In this document: one piece after another, positions 33,474-42,476 of the stretch | Position numbering within the stretch: the first letter of the stretch is position 1 | Layout: the number at the start of each line of letters is the position of its first letter | Origin: Planctomycetota bacterium | Lineage (GTDB): Bacteria; Planctomycetota; UBA1135; UBA2386 | NCBI GenBank assembly: GCA_947501605.1 | Contig: CANMWZ010000018.1 | Coordinates: forward strand, 12,780-76,779 | Length of the DNA: 64,000 nt | Reading direction: 5' to 3' | Program-made: the position numbers and the translations under genes | Notes under the pieces: generated by a model | The model's input: only the letters and a program-made list of their open reading frames with translations | Told to the model about the DNA's origin: nothing | Database searches by the model: none

Positions 33474-35090
33474 TCAGTAGCGGACGCTGGCGCGCGCGTG
33501 CGGCCCAACAGCGCCCGTGACGTCGGCTGTTCCCCATGGGCGGGCGACGATCAGGTCGATGCCGAGGATCACCGAAACCAGGATCAGGGTCCTTGCGCGC
33601 GACCAGTTGGGAATCGTGGGAACGAGCGGTGCGAGCGCCGCAGACCAGAGCAAGGCAAGTGCTGGAATGCACAGCGCGCCAAGTCGCGCATAGCCGAAGA
33701 ACACGGTTGCGACCGCGAGTTTCGTCAGCAGCCAGAGCGCGAGAGCGGCCGCCGCTGGTTCGCGACGCAGGCGCCATGCGCCCGAAACCGCAAGCAGCAG
33801 CAACGAAGTGCGCCAGGCGACTGCGAACCAGTTGTCGGCGACGACGAGGTCCACAGGCTCGCGCGTGCCGCTGCGGCCGAGCGGCAGATTGGCGAGACCC
33901 AGGCCCGCGGTGGCGCCGCGCCACGCCTGCGCGATTTTGCGCGTGACGAGATCCAATGCGCCACCGGGGTGCCCGACGACCCAGTCGAGCCCGAGCCGGT
34001 AGCCGTCGTTCACGGCCCGCAAATGTGGTGGGTACGAGAGTTCGAGTTCTCGCGGCAGCACGTTCAGCAATCCCGCTGGATAGCGATCGAGTCCACCAGT
34101 GAGCGGCGGTCGGCGATCGAGTGGTCCGCGCGTGAAGCCGCCGTCGCTCTCGCTGCAGTTGGCGAGGAAGAAGTTGAGCGGGCCGTACAGCGCGATCAGC
34201 GGCGTGTGCAACGGCGCGGGCATGTAGCCGTAGGCCTCGGTGACGATGCGCAGGTCGCCTGGCGTCACGCGCGCGCCAGCACGGACCCGGACGGTGTCGC
34301 CGACGAACGCCGCGGTCGAGAGTTGCGCAAATGGCGGTAGCGCGCGAACTGCTGCAAGGGCCTCGTCCGCCCAAGGCAACGAACCGGGCAACGGCAGCCT
34401 CGGCGCGCTGCTGCCGATCTTGCCGCTGTTGAAGTCGGCGATCGTGCGATGCACATGCAGTTGCCAGGGCAGCAAGACGAGCACGAAGGTCGCGATCGCC
34501 ACGCCGAGGTCGCGAGCGCGCGAGTTCTGCTTTTGCCACAGCAGCCATGCGATGCTGGCGACGAAGCAGAGCAGATGGTCGGCGCGGAACAGGCATGCGA
34601 CTGCGTGCAGCATGGCCCAGCGCACGGCCGCCGCTGGCGCCGCCCCGGTGCGCAACCGGTCGAAGTCGGCGAGCGTCAGGACGAACAAGAGCAGATACGG
34701 GATCTCGCCGTGCACGCCGTTGCCGAGGACGATCAAGGCGTTGCTGAGGGCGCAGATCCAACCCGCGGCGAGTGCAATCGGTGCCGCGAAGGTGCGTCGC
34801 AAAGCGAGGTAGAGCAGTGGCGCGACCAGCGCTCCGAGGGCGACCATCAAAGCGCGTGGCAACAGCGCATCCACGCCGCCGTCCCACGTTGCGCGCGCGA
34901 GCCAGCCCATCGCCGGTGGGCGAAACGGGAGCGCTGCTTCGAGGCCCGCGGTGCCGTTCGCGAACTGTTGCCAGTATGGCGCGTCCCCCTGGTACGAGGC
35001 TTCGAACGGCGCGCTCCGCTGCGGTGACGCAAGCCAGTGCACTGCACGCACAGTCAGGCTGGCGGAGAACAACGCAACGGCGTGACGCAT
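33474..35090 (-). CDS. Polytopic membrane glycosyltransferase, GT-C fold (PMT_2 / ArnT / GT39-like)
   Basis: 538 aa with about 10 or more hydrophobic segments around a large central soluble loop. The N-terminal third resembles dolichyl-phosphate-mannose / undecaprenyl-phosphate-sugar transferase families (RPPAMGWL...LPRALMVALGALVAPLLYLALRR). It lies in a different frame from the overlapping part of ORF 31579..35175 and looks far more protein-like. The family assignment is from memory only. Confidence 0.6.
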   Translation of the reverse strand: MRHAVALFSASLTVRAVHWLASPQRSAPFEASYQGDAPYWQQFANGTAGLEAALPFRPPAMGWLARATWDGGVDALLPRALMVALGALVAPLLYLALRRTFAAPIALAAGWICALSNALIVLGNGVHGEIPYLLLFVLTLADFDRLRTGAAPAAAVRWAMLHAVACLFRADHLLCFVASIAWLLWQKQNSRARDLGVAIATFVLVLLPWQLHVHRTIADFNSGKIGSSAPRLPLPGSLPWADEALAAVRALPPFAQLSTAAFVGDTVRVRAGARVTPGDLRIVTEAYGYMPAPLHTPLIALYGPLNFFLANCSESDGGFTRGPLDRRPPLTGGLDRYPAGLLNVLPRELELSYPPHLRAVNDGYRLGLDWVVGHPGGALDLVTRKIAQAWRGATAGLGLANLPLGRSGTREPVDLVVADNWFAVAWRTSLLLLAVSGAWRLRREPAAAALALWLLTKLAVATVFFGYARLGALCIPALALLWSAALAPLVPTIPNWSRARTLILVSVILGIDLIVARPWGTADVTGAVGPHARASVRY

Positions 35091-35199
35091 GCAGTGGGGG
35101 TGCGGTCTTGAAACGAACCGGGGCGCGGTTGTACCGCGCCCCGGTCGTCGCGTCAGCGGTGCGCGCAGCAGCCACTTGGCCGCTGCACCGCGCGCTGCA

Positions 35200-38190
35200 T
35201 CACGGAACGAACAGACTCTTGTGCTGGTTCGACAGCGTGAAGCTGCCGTCCGGCTCGAACACCAACACCTGCGTGTAGAGCAGGATGCCCTGCGCGGGCA
35301 TGCCCGGGAACGACGGGAAGTTCAGGCTGTAGAGCCCGGTCGGACCTGAGAAGTCAGTGAAGAAATCGAGCGTGCCACCGACCGAGGCGGTCGGGAAACC
35401 AGGAGCGCTCGTCGGGCCGCCAGTGTCACCGAGCACCAGCACGAACAACTTCGCGGCACCGTTGGTGGTGATTGCGATGTTGACGTTCTGGCTGGCGCTG
35501 GACTGTTCCGGCGTCATCTGCAGAGTGGCCGCGAGCGGCGGCACGGTACGCGTGCCGAGTTCGAGGTCGTCGATCGTCCAGCCGCCGAGTTGCAGACCGC
35601 CGTCCGTGATCAGGCGGAACTCGACCTGCACCGATGGATTGTTGTCTGCCATCGGCAGCGCGTACTCGAAGGTCTGCCACGACGTGTCGATCAAGTTGCC
35701 GGTGGTCGGGTTCTGCCAGACGAGCACCCCGTTCACGTTGATCTGGGCCTGATCGAAGACGGCTTCTTCGACCGTGAGCCAGCGCTTGAAGCGCAGCACG
35801 ACGCCCGAGCGGCCGGTGCAGTCGATGATCGGTGACCGCACGAACTCGTTGATGCTCGCCGGGTAGGCACCATTGGCCGTGCCGGTGCCGAGGTCGGTCG
35901 CCACCGCGCGCGTGCCGGTCGGAGCGCCGAGCGGATCGGCCCAGGCGATGCCGAGCGAAGTGCCCAACTTGCCGTTTGGCGCGCCGAACTGCCAGTCGAC
36001 CGTGCCGGTCGTGCTGGAGCGGCCAGTGGTCCAACCCGCGGGTGTGCCAGCACCTTCGAAGCCCTGCGAGAAGAACTGGACGTAGGTGCCACCGAGGCTG
36101 CCGCTCACCGTGTAGGTGAGTTCGCCGGTCAGCGGGAAGCGACCTGTTCCAGTCGTGCTCGTGGCTTCGACGTGGTAGCTGATCTGGCCCGAGGACAGGC
36201 CCGGCAGCATCGAGCGGTAACCCGTCAAGGTGCCGTCCGTCACCATGTTGCGCGTCTGCGTGGGCCCACCGGCGGCCGAGTAGACAAGGCGCATCTGCGT
36301 GATCGCGCCGAGGTCGTTGGCGATGCCCTGGGCGCTGACGAGGCGCGAGTTGTAGCGGTCGCCCGTGTTCGTCAGTGCCGTGTGTACGACGGTCACTGGC
36401 TGGAACGTGGGGAACGGGATCGCCTTGATGTTGGCCGCGGCGCTGAGTTCGGTGTAGTGCGGGACGCCGTTGAACAGGTTGCCGTCGTCGTCATCCGCGA
36501 TGAACACTTCACGCACGGCGTCGACGCGCGTCTGCGCGTTGGCGACCAACGTGCCGATGACGATGTCGTTCGTCAGTGCGATTGCTGCAGGGCTGCCAAG
36601 GCTCGTGCGCAGTTGCTGACGCAGTTGCCAGGCAAAGCCCATCCACACCTGTCCCGCTGTGTGCGGCGAAGTGCCGGAGGCCGGCCACAGCAGCGTGTTG
36701 TTGCCACTGCGCAGCGCGACGTTCGCGGTCTGGAAGCCACTGCCGAGCGACGGGCTGTCGACGAGGTAGAGGCCGACGACGTCGCCCCAGCCTTCGCTCA
36801 AGCCTTCGGCGTTCGAGTTGAAGATGCCACCGTAGCGCTCGTCGATGCCGTGGCCCCATTCGTGGGCGATGACCGTCGAGAATGCCGTGTTCGCGCAACC
36901 GCCGCCCTGGGCGTAGAAGTTGATCGTGTTGCCCGTGTAGTAGGCATTGCACGTCGACGCGATGTTGACCGTCGGCGTGATGCCGCTTGCGGTCGCGAGT
37001 TGCGCCGAGTTGCCGAGGATCGAGCGGCAGAACTCGTTGGTCCGGTCGATCCAGTAGCTGGTCGTGACGTCCGAGGCCTGTTCGGGCGTGTCCGTCGAGG
37101 CGCCCAGCTGGACCGTGTTCGGCACGCCTGGCGTGATCGTGAAGGTGCCGCCAGTCGACTGGCCCCCGATCAGCGTGGCGTGGTGGCGACCGTCGAGCGC
37201 GCCGATCGTGATGTTGACCGGTACTGCGATGTCGACCGTGAACTGGCCGTTGTTGTCCGTCGTCACGTTGCCGATGCCCGGAACGTTGACCACGAGGCCG
37301 GGGATTCCGGCGTTGCTCAGCGCGCTGAAGGCGTCGTTGCCGGTGCGGGTCCACTGCTGGACCGTCACCGTCGTCTGGACGAGGGCGCTGCCGTCCTTGC
37401 CCTTGATCGAGGCCGCGAGGCGAGCCGTCTCGGAAAGGCTGCAATTGGCCATGCCGCACTCGTGCTTGTCGGTGCGGAAATGGAGGACGTTGCCGTTCTT
37501 GGCGTCGATGTAGTAGCGGCCGATCGGGCCGAGGCCTTCGGCGTCGACGTTGCTGACCGGGACTTCCCAGGCCAGGTAGATCGGTGCCGCGTCCTGAGCT
37601 TCCACGTCGCCCCAGATGACGAGCCGCAGTTCGCGCGGCTTGCCGGGCTGGGTGACGCCGGTCGGCTGCTGGCCGAGGGCCATCCAGGCACGCGCAGTCG
37701 CCTCGGCTTCTGCGATCGTCGGCATGACGTCGAAGTTGGCGGGGACTTGCCAAGCGGTGCTGCCGATCATGGCGAGCACGCCCTTCATGTTGATGCGGAC
37801 GTCGGCGCGCCCGTCGATGCAGGGCAGACTGCGGAAGTACTGGTCAAAGGTGAACGACCAAGTGCGACCCATGCGCGCACCGATGCTCTCGCGAAACTCG
37901 GAGACGCCGAGGCCGAGAAGGTCACCGTGCTCGCCAAGGGCGAGGTTGGCGTGGCGGCGGGCCTCTTCGATCGAGTTGCCGCGCCAACCGGCGAGCGTGG
38001 CGCCGGAGCCGTAGATGGCGCGTGGGGTGTTGGTTGCAACTGTCCATTGCGCCAGCCATTGGCCGCCGAGCCGTTCGCTCAGTGCTGGGAAAGGCATGGG
38101 CTGGAAGTTCTTCGAAAGGGGCACCTGCTTGGTGTCCTGTGCCATGGCGAAGGACGCCAAGATCAGACTGAGAAGCGGCGTGAAACGCAT
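35200..38190 (-). CDS. Secreted zinc metalloprotease, M36 (fungalysin)-like, with extra beta domains and a divergent copy of the shared C-terminal domain
   Basis: Trimmed to Met21 (ATG 38190; MRFTPLLSLILASFAMAQD signal). An FTP/PepSY-like propeptide region is present. The zinc site is VIAHEWGHGIDE followed by EGLSEGWGD (the HExxH...EGWxD pattern of M36). A later jelly-roll-like region (WQFGAPNG...GGWTIDDLELG) follows. The tail is ...KLFVLVLGDTGG...FPSFPGMPAQGILLYTQVLVFEPDGSFTLSNQHKSLFVP. Confidence 0.8.
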   Translation of the reverse strand: MRFTPLLSLILASFAMAQDTKQVPLSKNFQPMPFPALSERLGGQWLAQWTVATNTPRAIYGSGATLAGWRGNSIEEARRHANLALGEHGDLLGLGVSEFRESIGARMGRTWSFTFDQYFRSLPCIDGRADVRINMKGVLAMIGSTAWQVPANFDVMPTIAEAEATARAWMALGQQPTGVTQPGKPRELRLVIWGDVEAQDAAPIYLAWEVPVSNVDAEGLGPIGRYYIDAKNGNVLHFRTDKHECGMANCSLSETARLAASIKGKDGSALVQTTVTVQQWTRTGNDAFSALSNAGIPGLVVNVPGIGNVTTDNNGQFTVDIAVPVNITIGALDGRHHATLIGGQSTGGTFTITPGVPNTVQLGASTDTPEQASDVTTSYWIDRTNEFCRSILGNSAQLATASGITPTVNIASTCNAYYTGNTINFYAQGGGCANTAFSTVIAHEWGHGIDERYGGIFNSNAEGLSEGWGDVVGLYLVDSPSLGSGFQTANVALRSGNNTLLWPASGTSPHTAGQVWMGFAWQLRQQLRTSLGSPAAIALTNDIVIGTLVANAQTRVDAVREVFIADDDDGNLFNGVPHYTELSAAANIKAIPFPTFQPVTVVHTALTNTGDRYNSRLVSAQGIANDLGAITQMRLVYSAAGGPTQTRNMVTDGTLTGYRSMLPGLSSGQISYHVEATSTTGTGRFPLTGELTYTVSGSLGGTYVQFFSQGFEGAGTPAGWTTGRSSTTGTVDWQFGAPNGKLGTSLGIAWADPLGAPTGTRAVATDLGTGTANGAYPASINEFVRSPIIDCTGRSGVVLRFKRWLTVEEAVFDQAQINVNGVLVWQNPTTGNLIDTSWQTFEYALPMADNNPSVQVEFRLITDGGLQLGGWTIDDLELGTRTVPPLAATLQMTPEQSSASQNVNIAITTNGAAKLFVLVLGDTGGPTSAPGFPTASVGGTLDFFTDFSGPTGLYSLNFPSFPGMPAQGILLYTQVLVFEPDGSFTLSNQHKSLFVP

Positions 38191-38471
38191 TCTTTGGAAC
38201 CTGGTGGTGGGAGAGACCCGGCGATGCCGGGCTTGACTGCTCCAGTCCAAAGGGCAGGGTGTGGACCAGATCCGGGCAGGGAGAGGATTAGTCTGGTGGG
38301 TTTTCCTAGGTTGTCAAGTTGGGGCAGTTTCTTGGAGTTGCGCGCAGCAGTGGCGAGCCGCTTCGATCGCTGGCATCGGGAGCAAGGTCATGCCCGACAA
38401 TCGGCGCGCTGTGCGGTTGCGGCGCACGGGATAGGCTTCTGCGCCCCACGCCCCGTTGCGCCTCCATCCTG

Positions 38472-39806
38472 ATGACCACCAACCAAGCCCTCGGGCAGCC
38501 TCCGGATCCGGCGAGCAACGCTGGTTTTGGGTCAGTGCTCGGCGTGCGTCTGTGGTTGGAGGAAGCTGGGCTCGCGGCCGCGGCGGGCATCGTCGCCTAC
38601 CTGCTGTCGTGTCTGATTGAGCCGGCGCGATCCGTTCCGCACGGCTTCGGCATCCAGTGGGCAACGATGTCGGAGGCGCCGTTCGAGTTCACCGGCCAGC
38701 TGCCGCATCGGCTGCTGACCCCGCTGCTCGCGCATCTCGTCGGCTTGCAGGGCACGAGCTACACCGACTTCACCCGCCTCTCCGGGGCGGCGATGCTGGC
38801 GCTGGTCTTCTTCGTTGCCCGCCGGCGAGGGGCGCTGCGGATCGACGCGTGGTTGATCACGCTGGCGATTGCGGCCACCGGCGCGATCCAGATCTACAAG
38901 CGCGGGATGATCGGCTACTGCGACAACGTCGGCTTCTCGTTGTTCCTGCTCGCCTGGTTGTTCCGCGGTCATGGCCTCGTGTTCTGGCCGCTCTACTTTC
39001 TCAATCTCGTCAATCACGACATGGCAGCGTTCTTCCTGCCGTGGATGTGGTTTCTGCGGCGCGAGGCCGGCGCCTTGCGCCGGTACGACGCGATCGGCGC
39101 TGGGCTCGTGCTGTTCGGCTACTACCTGTTCCGGCTCTACGTTTCGCAGCACGCAGCGAGTTGGGAGTACGACGAGGGATACTTCCTGGCGAACTGCTTC
39201 TTGCCCTTCAATTTCATCTGGCTGTGGTACTTGGCTGCATGTCACTTGATGCTGCAGTTCGGCCCGATGCTGACGGTCGTGTTGTGGCATGCGTGGTGGC
39301 CGCGACCTGCGCACGAACGGATGCACACAGGTCTGATCTTGCTCGGCATGGGCGCGGTGTTCGGCTTCGCCTACGACGTGCATCGCCACGGCAACCTGAT
39401 CTTCCTGCCGCTGCTGTTCGCCTCGACACGCTTCCTCGTCGACGCGCGGAGTCGAGCGTTCTACTGCGGCCTGATCGCGCTCCAGATCCTCTGCTATCGC
39501 ACCTACTCGTGGCGGCCGGCATCGGAAGACCCGTGGGCCTTCCAGTCACCGGGGTGGATGTTCGATCAGATCACCGGCGTCATGGTGTTTCAGAACGGCG
39601 GCCACCGCATCATTCAGCCGGAGCATCGGTTTGACTTGTCGGTCCACTGGGACCTGCTGACGCAGTCGTTGCCGATGCTGGCGCGCGAGATGATCGGCTT
39701 CGCGTACGGCGCGCTCCTGGTCGTGGCGCTCAGTCGCTGGTTTGTGCGCGCCAACATCGGCGGTCCACGGTGGCGCGCGCTGCCCCGCCGCCATGCAAAC
39801 GGGTGA
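38472..39806 (+). CDS. Polytopic integral membrane protein of unknown function (about 10 TM segments)
   Basis: The track ORF 38319..39806 was trimmed to ATG 38472 (MTTNQALGQPP...). It is highly hydrophobic and Trp/Phe/His-rich (FWPLYFLNLVNHDMAAFFLPWMWFLRRE; NFIWLWYLAACHLMLQFGPMLTVVLWHAWW). It is divergent from the metalloprotease gene. I recognise no family. Confidence 0.6.
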   Translation: MTTNQALGQPPDPASNAGFGSVLGVRLWLEEAGLAAAAGIVAYLLSCLIEPARSVPHGFGIQWATMSEAPFEFTGQLPHRLLTPLLAHLVGLQGTSYTDFTRLSGAAMLALVFFVARRRGALRIDAWLITLAIAATGAIQIYKRGMIGYCDNVGFSLFLLAWLFRGHGLVFWPLYFLNLVNHDMAAFFLPWMWFLRREAGALRRYDAIGAGLVLFGYYLFRLYVSQHAASWEYDEGYFLANCFLPFNFIWLWYLAACHLMLQFGPMLTVVLWHAWWPRPAHERMHTGLILLGMGAVFGFAYDVHRHGNLIFLPLLFASTRFLVDARSRAFYCGLIALQILCYRTYSWRPASEDPWAFQSPGWMFDQITGVMVFQNGGHRIIQPEHRFDLSVHWDLLTQSLPMLAREMIGFAYGALLVVALSRWFVRANIGGPRWRALPRRHANG

Positions 39807-39818
39807 CGGCGAAGCCGG

Positions 39819-41297
39819 TCAGGGTTGCCAGCGCGGCGCTAGCAGTCGGCGCTTGCCGTCGCGCGAACGCGAGACATCCTCGTCGCTGAACTGGCGGTCC
39901 CAGAGCTGACACGTCACTTCCTTGTGCTTCTGGTCGAGACCTTCGCAGTAGTTCGTGAACTTGCAGCGGCGCACTTCGTTGCCGCGCCCGAGTTCTGTCT
40001 TGCGGAACCAGTCTGGGTCGGCGAGCGATTGCCGCGCGCTGGCGACGATGTCGGCGTCGCCGTTCGCCAGGATGGCCTCGGCCTGTTCGAACGACGCGAT
40101 GCCGCCCGCCGCGACGATCGGCGTCGAGAAGCCAGCCTCGCGCACCGCGCGGCGGACCGCGCTCGCGAACGGCACGTTGCGCGAGAATGGCCCGCGTTCG
40201 TCGCTGCGCACTGTCGGCATGCACTCGTGGCCCGAGGGACCGGTGTACGGATACGCAGCTTCGCCGATGTTCGGCTGCTTGGCGTCGTCGAACTTGCCGC
40301 CGCGGCTGATCGACAAGAAGTCGAAGCCCGCCTTGGCGAACGCCACGCCGTGGTGCGCGGCGTCGGCGACGGTGCTGCCGCCAGCGATCACCTCGTCGCC
40401 GAGAAATCGCACGCCGGTGCAGAAGTCGCGGCCGACTGCCGTCCGCACCGCGGCGAAGACTTCGAGTGGGAGTCGCTGCCGGCCTTCGATCGAGCCGCCA
40501 TAACCGTCGCTGCGCACGTTGGTCCGCGACAGCAACGAGGCCATCGTATAGGCGTGCGCGAAATGCAGCTCGACGCCGTCGAAGCCGGCCGTGCGGGCGC
40601 GCATGGCGGCGGCGGCGAACAGCGGTGGTAGGGTCTGCGGCAAGTCGCGCACATGTGCGAGGTGCAGGTCATCGACCTGTTCGCGTTGGCCGAAGTCGAG
40701 GTCGCGAAGTTCGCGCTCCGTGAGTGCTGCGCGCTGTGCCGCTGTTGGCATTGCTGCCAGCGTGGCGCGAACCGCGGCATCGTCCGGCAGCGGCGAGCCT
40801 GCGTGCGCCGCGGCGGCCACGCGATGGCGATCCGTGAGTTGCAGGAATCGTGCGAGGAACTTCTCCGGCTCGGGGCGTCGCCTTATCGACAGGAAGTCGA
40901 GGATCTGCACGAAGAGCCGTGTGCGGCCGCTGCTCCGCTCGCGCACGAGGCGCACGAGTTCGCGAAGGCCATCGAGAAATCGATCGTGGCCGATGCGCAG
41001 CAATGGCCCGCTCGGCACATCGCGGATGCCAGTCGCTTCGACGACGAGCACGCCAGGCTGGCCGTCGGCAAAGCGGCCATACCAGTCGAGCACGTTTTGC
41101 GTGACGAACCCATCCTCGCTCGCCCGCCACGGCACCATTGCCGGGACCCACGTGCGCGTGCGTGCCGTGACCGGACCGAGCTGCACTGGCGAGAACCAGC
41201 GCGATGCAGCGGCTTGCTCCGCTGTCGGCCACTGCGCGTCCGGTAGTTGGTGCCAGACGACTCTGCTGCGTGCGTTCGGATCCGAAGGGGCGCTCAC
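39819..41297 (-). CDS. Old Yellow Enzyme-family NAD(P)H:flavin oxidoreductase (2,4-dienoyl-CoA reductase-like TIM barrel)
   Basis: 492 aa with these OYE features: VLVVEATGIRDV...; GFDGVELHFAHAYTMASLLSRTNVRSDGYGGSIEGRQRLPLEV; IVAAGGI...ILANGDADIVASARQSLADPDW. It carries an internal insertion relative to the ~360-aa OYEs. Confidence 0.8.
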   Translation of the reverse strand: MSAPSDPNARSRVVWHQLPDAQWPTAEQAAASRWFSPVQLGPVTARTRTWVPAMVPWRASEDGFVTQNVLDWYGRFADGQPGVLVVEATGIRDVPSGPLLRIGHDRFLDGLRELVRLVRERSSGRTRLFVQILDFLSIRRRPEPEKFLARFLQLTDRHRVAAAAHAGSPLPDDAAVRATLAAMPTAAQRAALTERELRDLDFGQREQVDDLHLAHVRDLPQTLPPLFAAAAMRARTAGFDGVELHFAHAYTMASLLSRTNVRSDGYGGSIEGRQRLPLEVFAAVRTAVGRDFCTGVRFLGDEVIAGGSTVADAAHHGVAFAKAGFDFLSISRGGKFDDAKQPNIGEAAYPYTGPSGHECMPTVRSDERGPFSRNVPFASAVRRAVREAGFSTPIVAAGGIASFEQAEAILANGDADIVASARQSLADPDWFRKTELGRGNEVRRCKFTNYCEGLDQKHKEVTCQLWDRQFSDEDVSRSRDGKRRLLAPRWQP

Positions 41298-41310
41298 GAG
41301 GCGCGACAGC

Positions 41311-42429
41311 CTACTTGTCGGTGCTCGGCACTGCTGCCGTCCATTGCGCGAACGCCATCCCGTCCGGTCCTTTGCCGCCGGGGATGCGGTCCGTGACGGT
41401 GAAGGTCTTCAGGTCGATCACTGCGAGGAACTCACCGCGCTGGCACGCAATCCAGGCAAACGCCCCGTCGGGCTGCACGCAGATGCCGATCGGCACGGGA
41501 CTGAGTTCGGTGTTGTCCGCGAGTAGATCGACCGTGTGGGCGAGAGTCTTGGTTGCGGCGTCAAACACCTGCACACAACCGGCCTCGGCGCACGACACCA
41601 GCGCGTGCGCTCCGTCGGCCGTGAAGGCGACACGGATTGGGAACGACGCGGTCTCGAGTGTGGTGGTCACGGCCCGCTTCTGTGCATCGACGACGCTGAT
41701 GGTGTTGGCACTGCGGTTGCCGACCCAGATCGAGCCGTCGCGAGGCGAGATCGCCAGACCTTCGGCGCCGTCGCCGGTCGGCAGCACGCTGGCGGTCTCG
41801 GCGCTGCCATCGACTGCAAACCAGCCGAGTGAACCGTCCTGGATGCTGGTGCCGTAGGCCGTTCTGCCGTCAGGCGAGAGGTCGACCATGTGGAGTGTTG
41901 GCTGCGCGGTCTTCAGTGACCGAACGACCTTCTGGGTTTCGAGATCGACGACGAGCAGTCGGCGCAGCATCTCGCTGGTGACGACCACGTGGCGTCCATC
42001 GGGCAGGAAACGCAGGCCGTGCGGGCGCAGAAAGGTGCGCTGTTTGACTTTGCCATCGACCGTCTCTGCGTCGCTCAGTCCGATCGTGGCGAGGACGCGC
42101 GCATTCGGGATGTCGATCACGGTCAGCGTGCTACCAGGGCGCTGGTCGCCGTAGTCGCTCACCACCGCGGTGCGGCCGTTGGGTGCCACTGCAACTTCGT
42201 GCGGGCCGTTGCCAACCGGCACGGTGGCGACCAGCGTGCGGGTGGTTGGGTCGAACAACTGCGCGCGCGCGGCGGACTTCTCCAGCACGATGAGGCGGGA
42301 TCCGCCTCCGGGTGCTCTCGTGTCGGTGTTCGGCTCCTGAGCAGTGGCACACAGAAGCAGGCCGGGCGAGAGCAAGAAGACGAACAAGACTGGAAGCATG
42401 GAGTTCAAAGCGACGGGCGCGGCTTGCAC
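41311..42429 (-). CDS. Secreted YVTN-type beta-propeller repeat protein
   Basis: 372 aa with a signal peptide (MLPVLFVFLLSPGLLLCATAQE). It has repeated VATVPVGNGPHEVAVAPNGRTAVVSDYG-type units typical of the 40-residue YVTN / lactonase-like propeller. Confidence 0.8.
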   Translation of the reverse strand: MQAAPVALNSMLPVLFVFLLSPGLLLCATAQEPNTDTRAPGGGSRLIVLEKSAARAQLFDPTTRTLVATVPVGNGPHEVAVAPNGRTAVVSDYGDQRPGSTLTVIDIPNARVLATIGLSDAETVDGKVKQRTFLRPHGLRFLPDGRHVVVTSEMLRRLLVVDLETQKVVRSLKTAQPTLHMVDLSPDGRTAYGTSIQDGSLGWFAVDGSAETASVLPTGDGAEGLAISPRDGSIWVGNRSANTISVVDAQKRAVTTTLETASFPIRVAFTADGAHALVSCAEAGCVQVFDAATKTLAHTVDLLADNTELSPVPIGICVQPDGAFAWIACQRGEFLAVIDLKTFTVTDRIPGGKGPDGMAFAQWTAAVPSTDK

Positions 42430-42476
42430 AATGCAGCGCGCCTTCGCTCCTCTACCTACGCGCGTCCCCTGCTCTC

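Noticed and set aside
31579-35175. 1198-aa ORF on the minus strand suggesting a giant protein
   Set aside because: Only the C-terminal 584 codons (from ATG 33333, with a clean signal peptide) match the paralog family. The upstream ~600 codons are Arg/Ala/Pro-rich nonsense-like sequence. They overlap, in another frame, the far more protein-like GT-C membrane protein at 33474-35090. This is a stop-free shadow typical of GC-rich DNA.
38250-38471. Possible sigma-54 (GG-N10-GC) promoter in the divergent region between the protease and the membrane protein
   Set aside because: I could not align any GG/GC pair with correct spacing to TGGCAC-N5-TTGC.
36172-38472. 766-aa plus-strand ORF
   Set aside because: It is antisense to the metalloprotease gene, which has an HEWGH site, a signal peptide and coherent domains. 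The plus-strand product is low-complexity.
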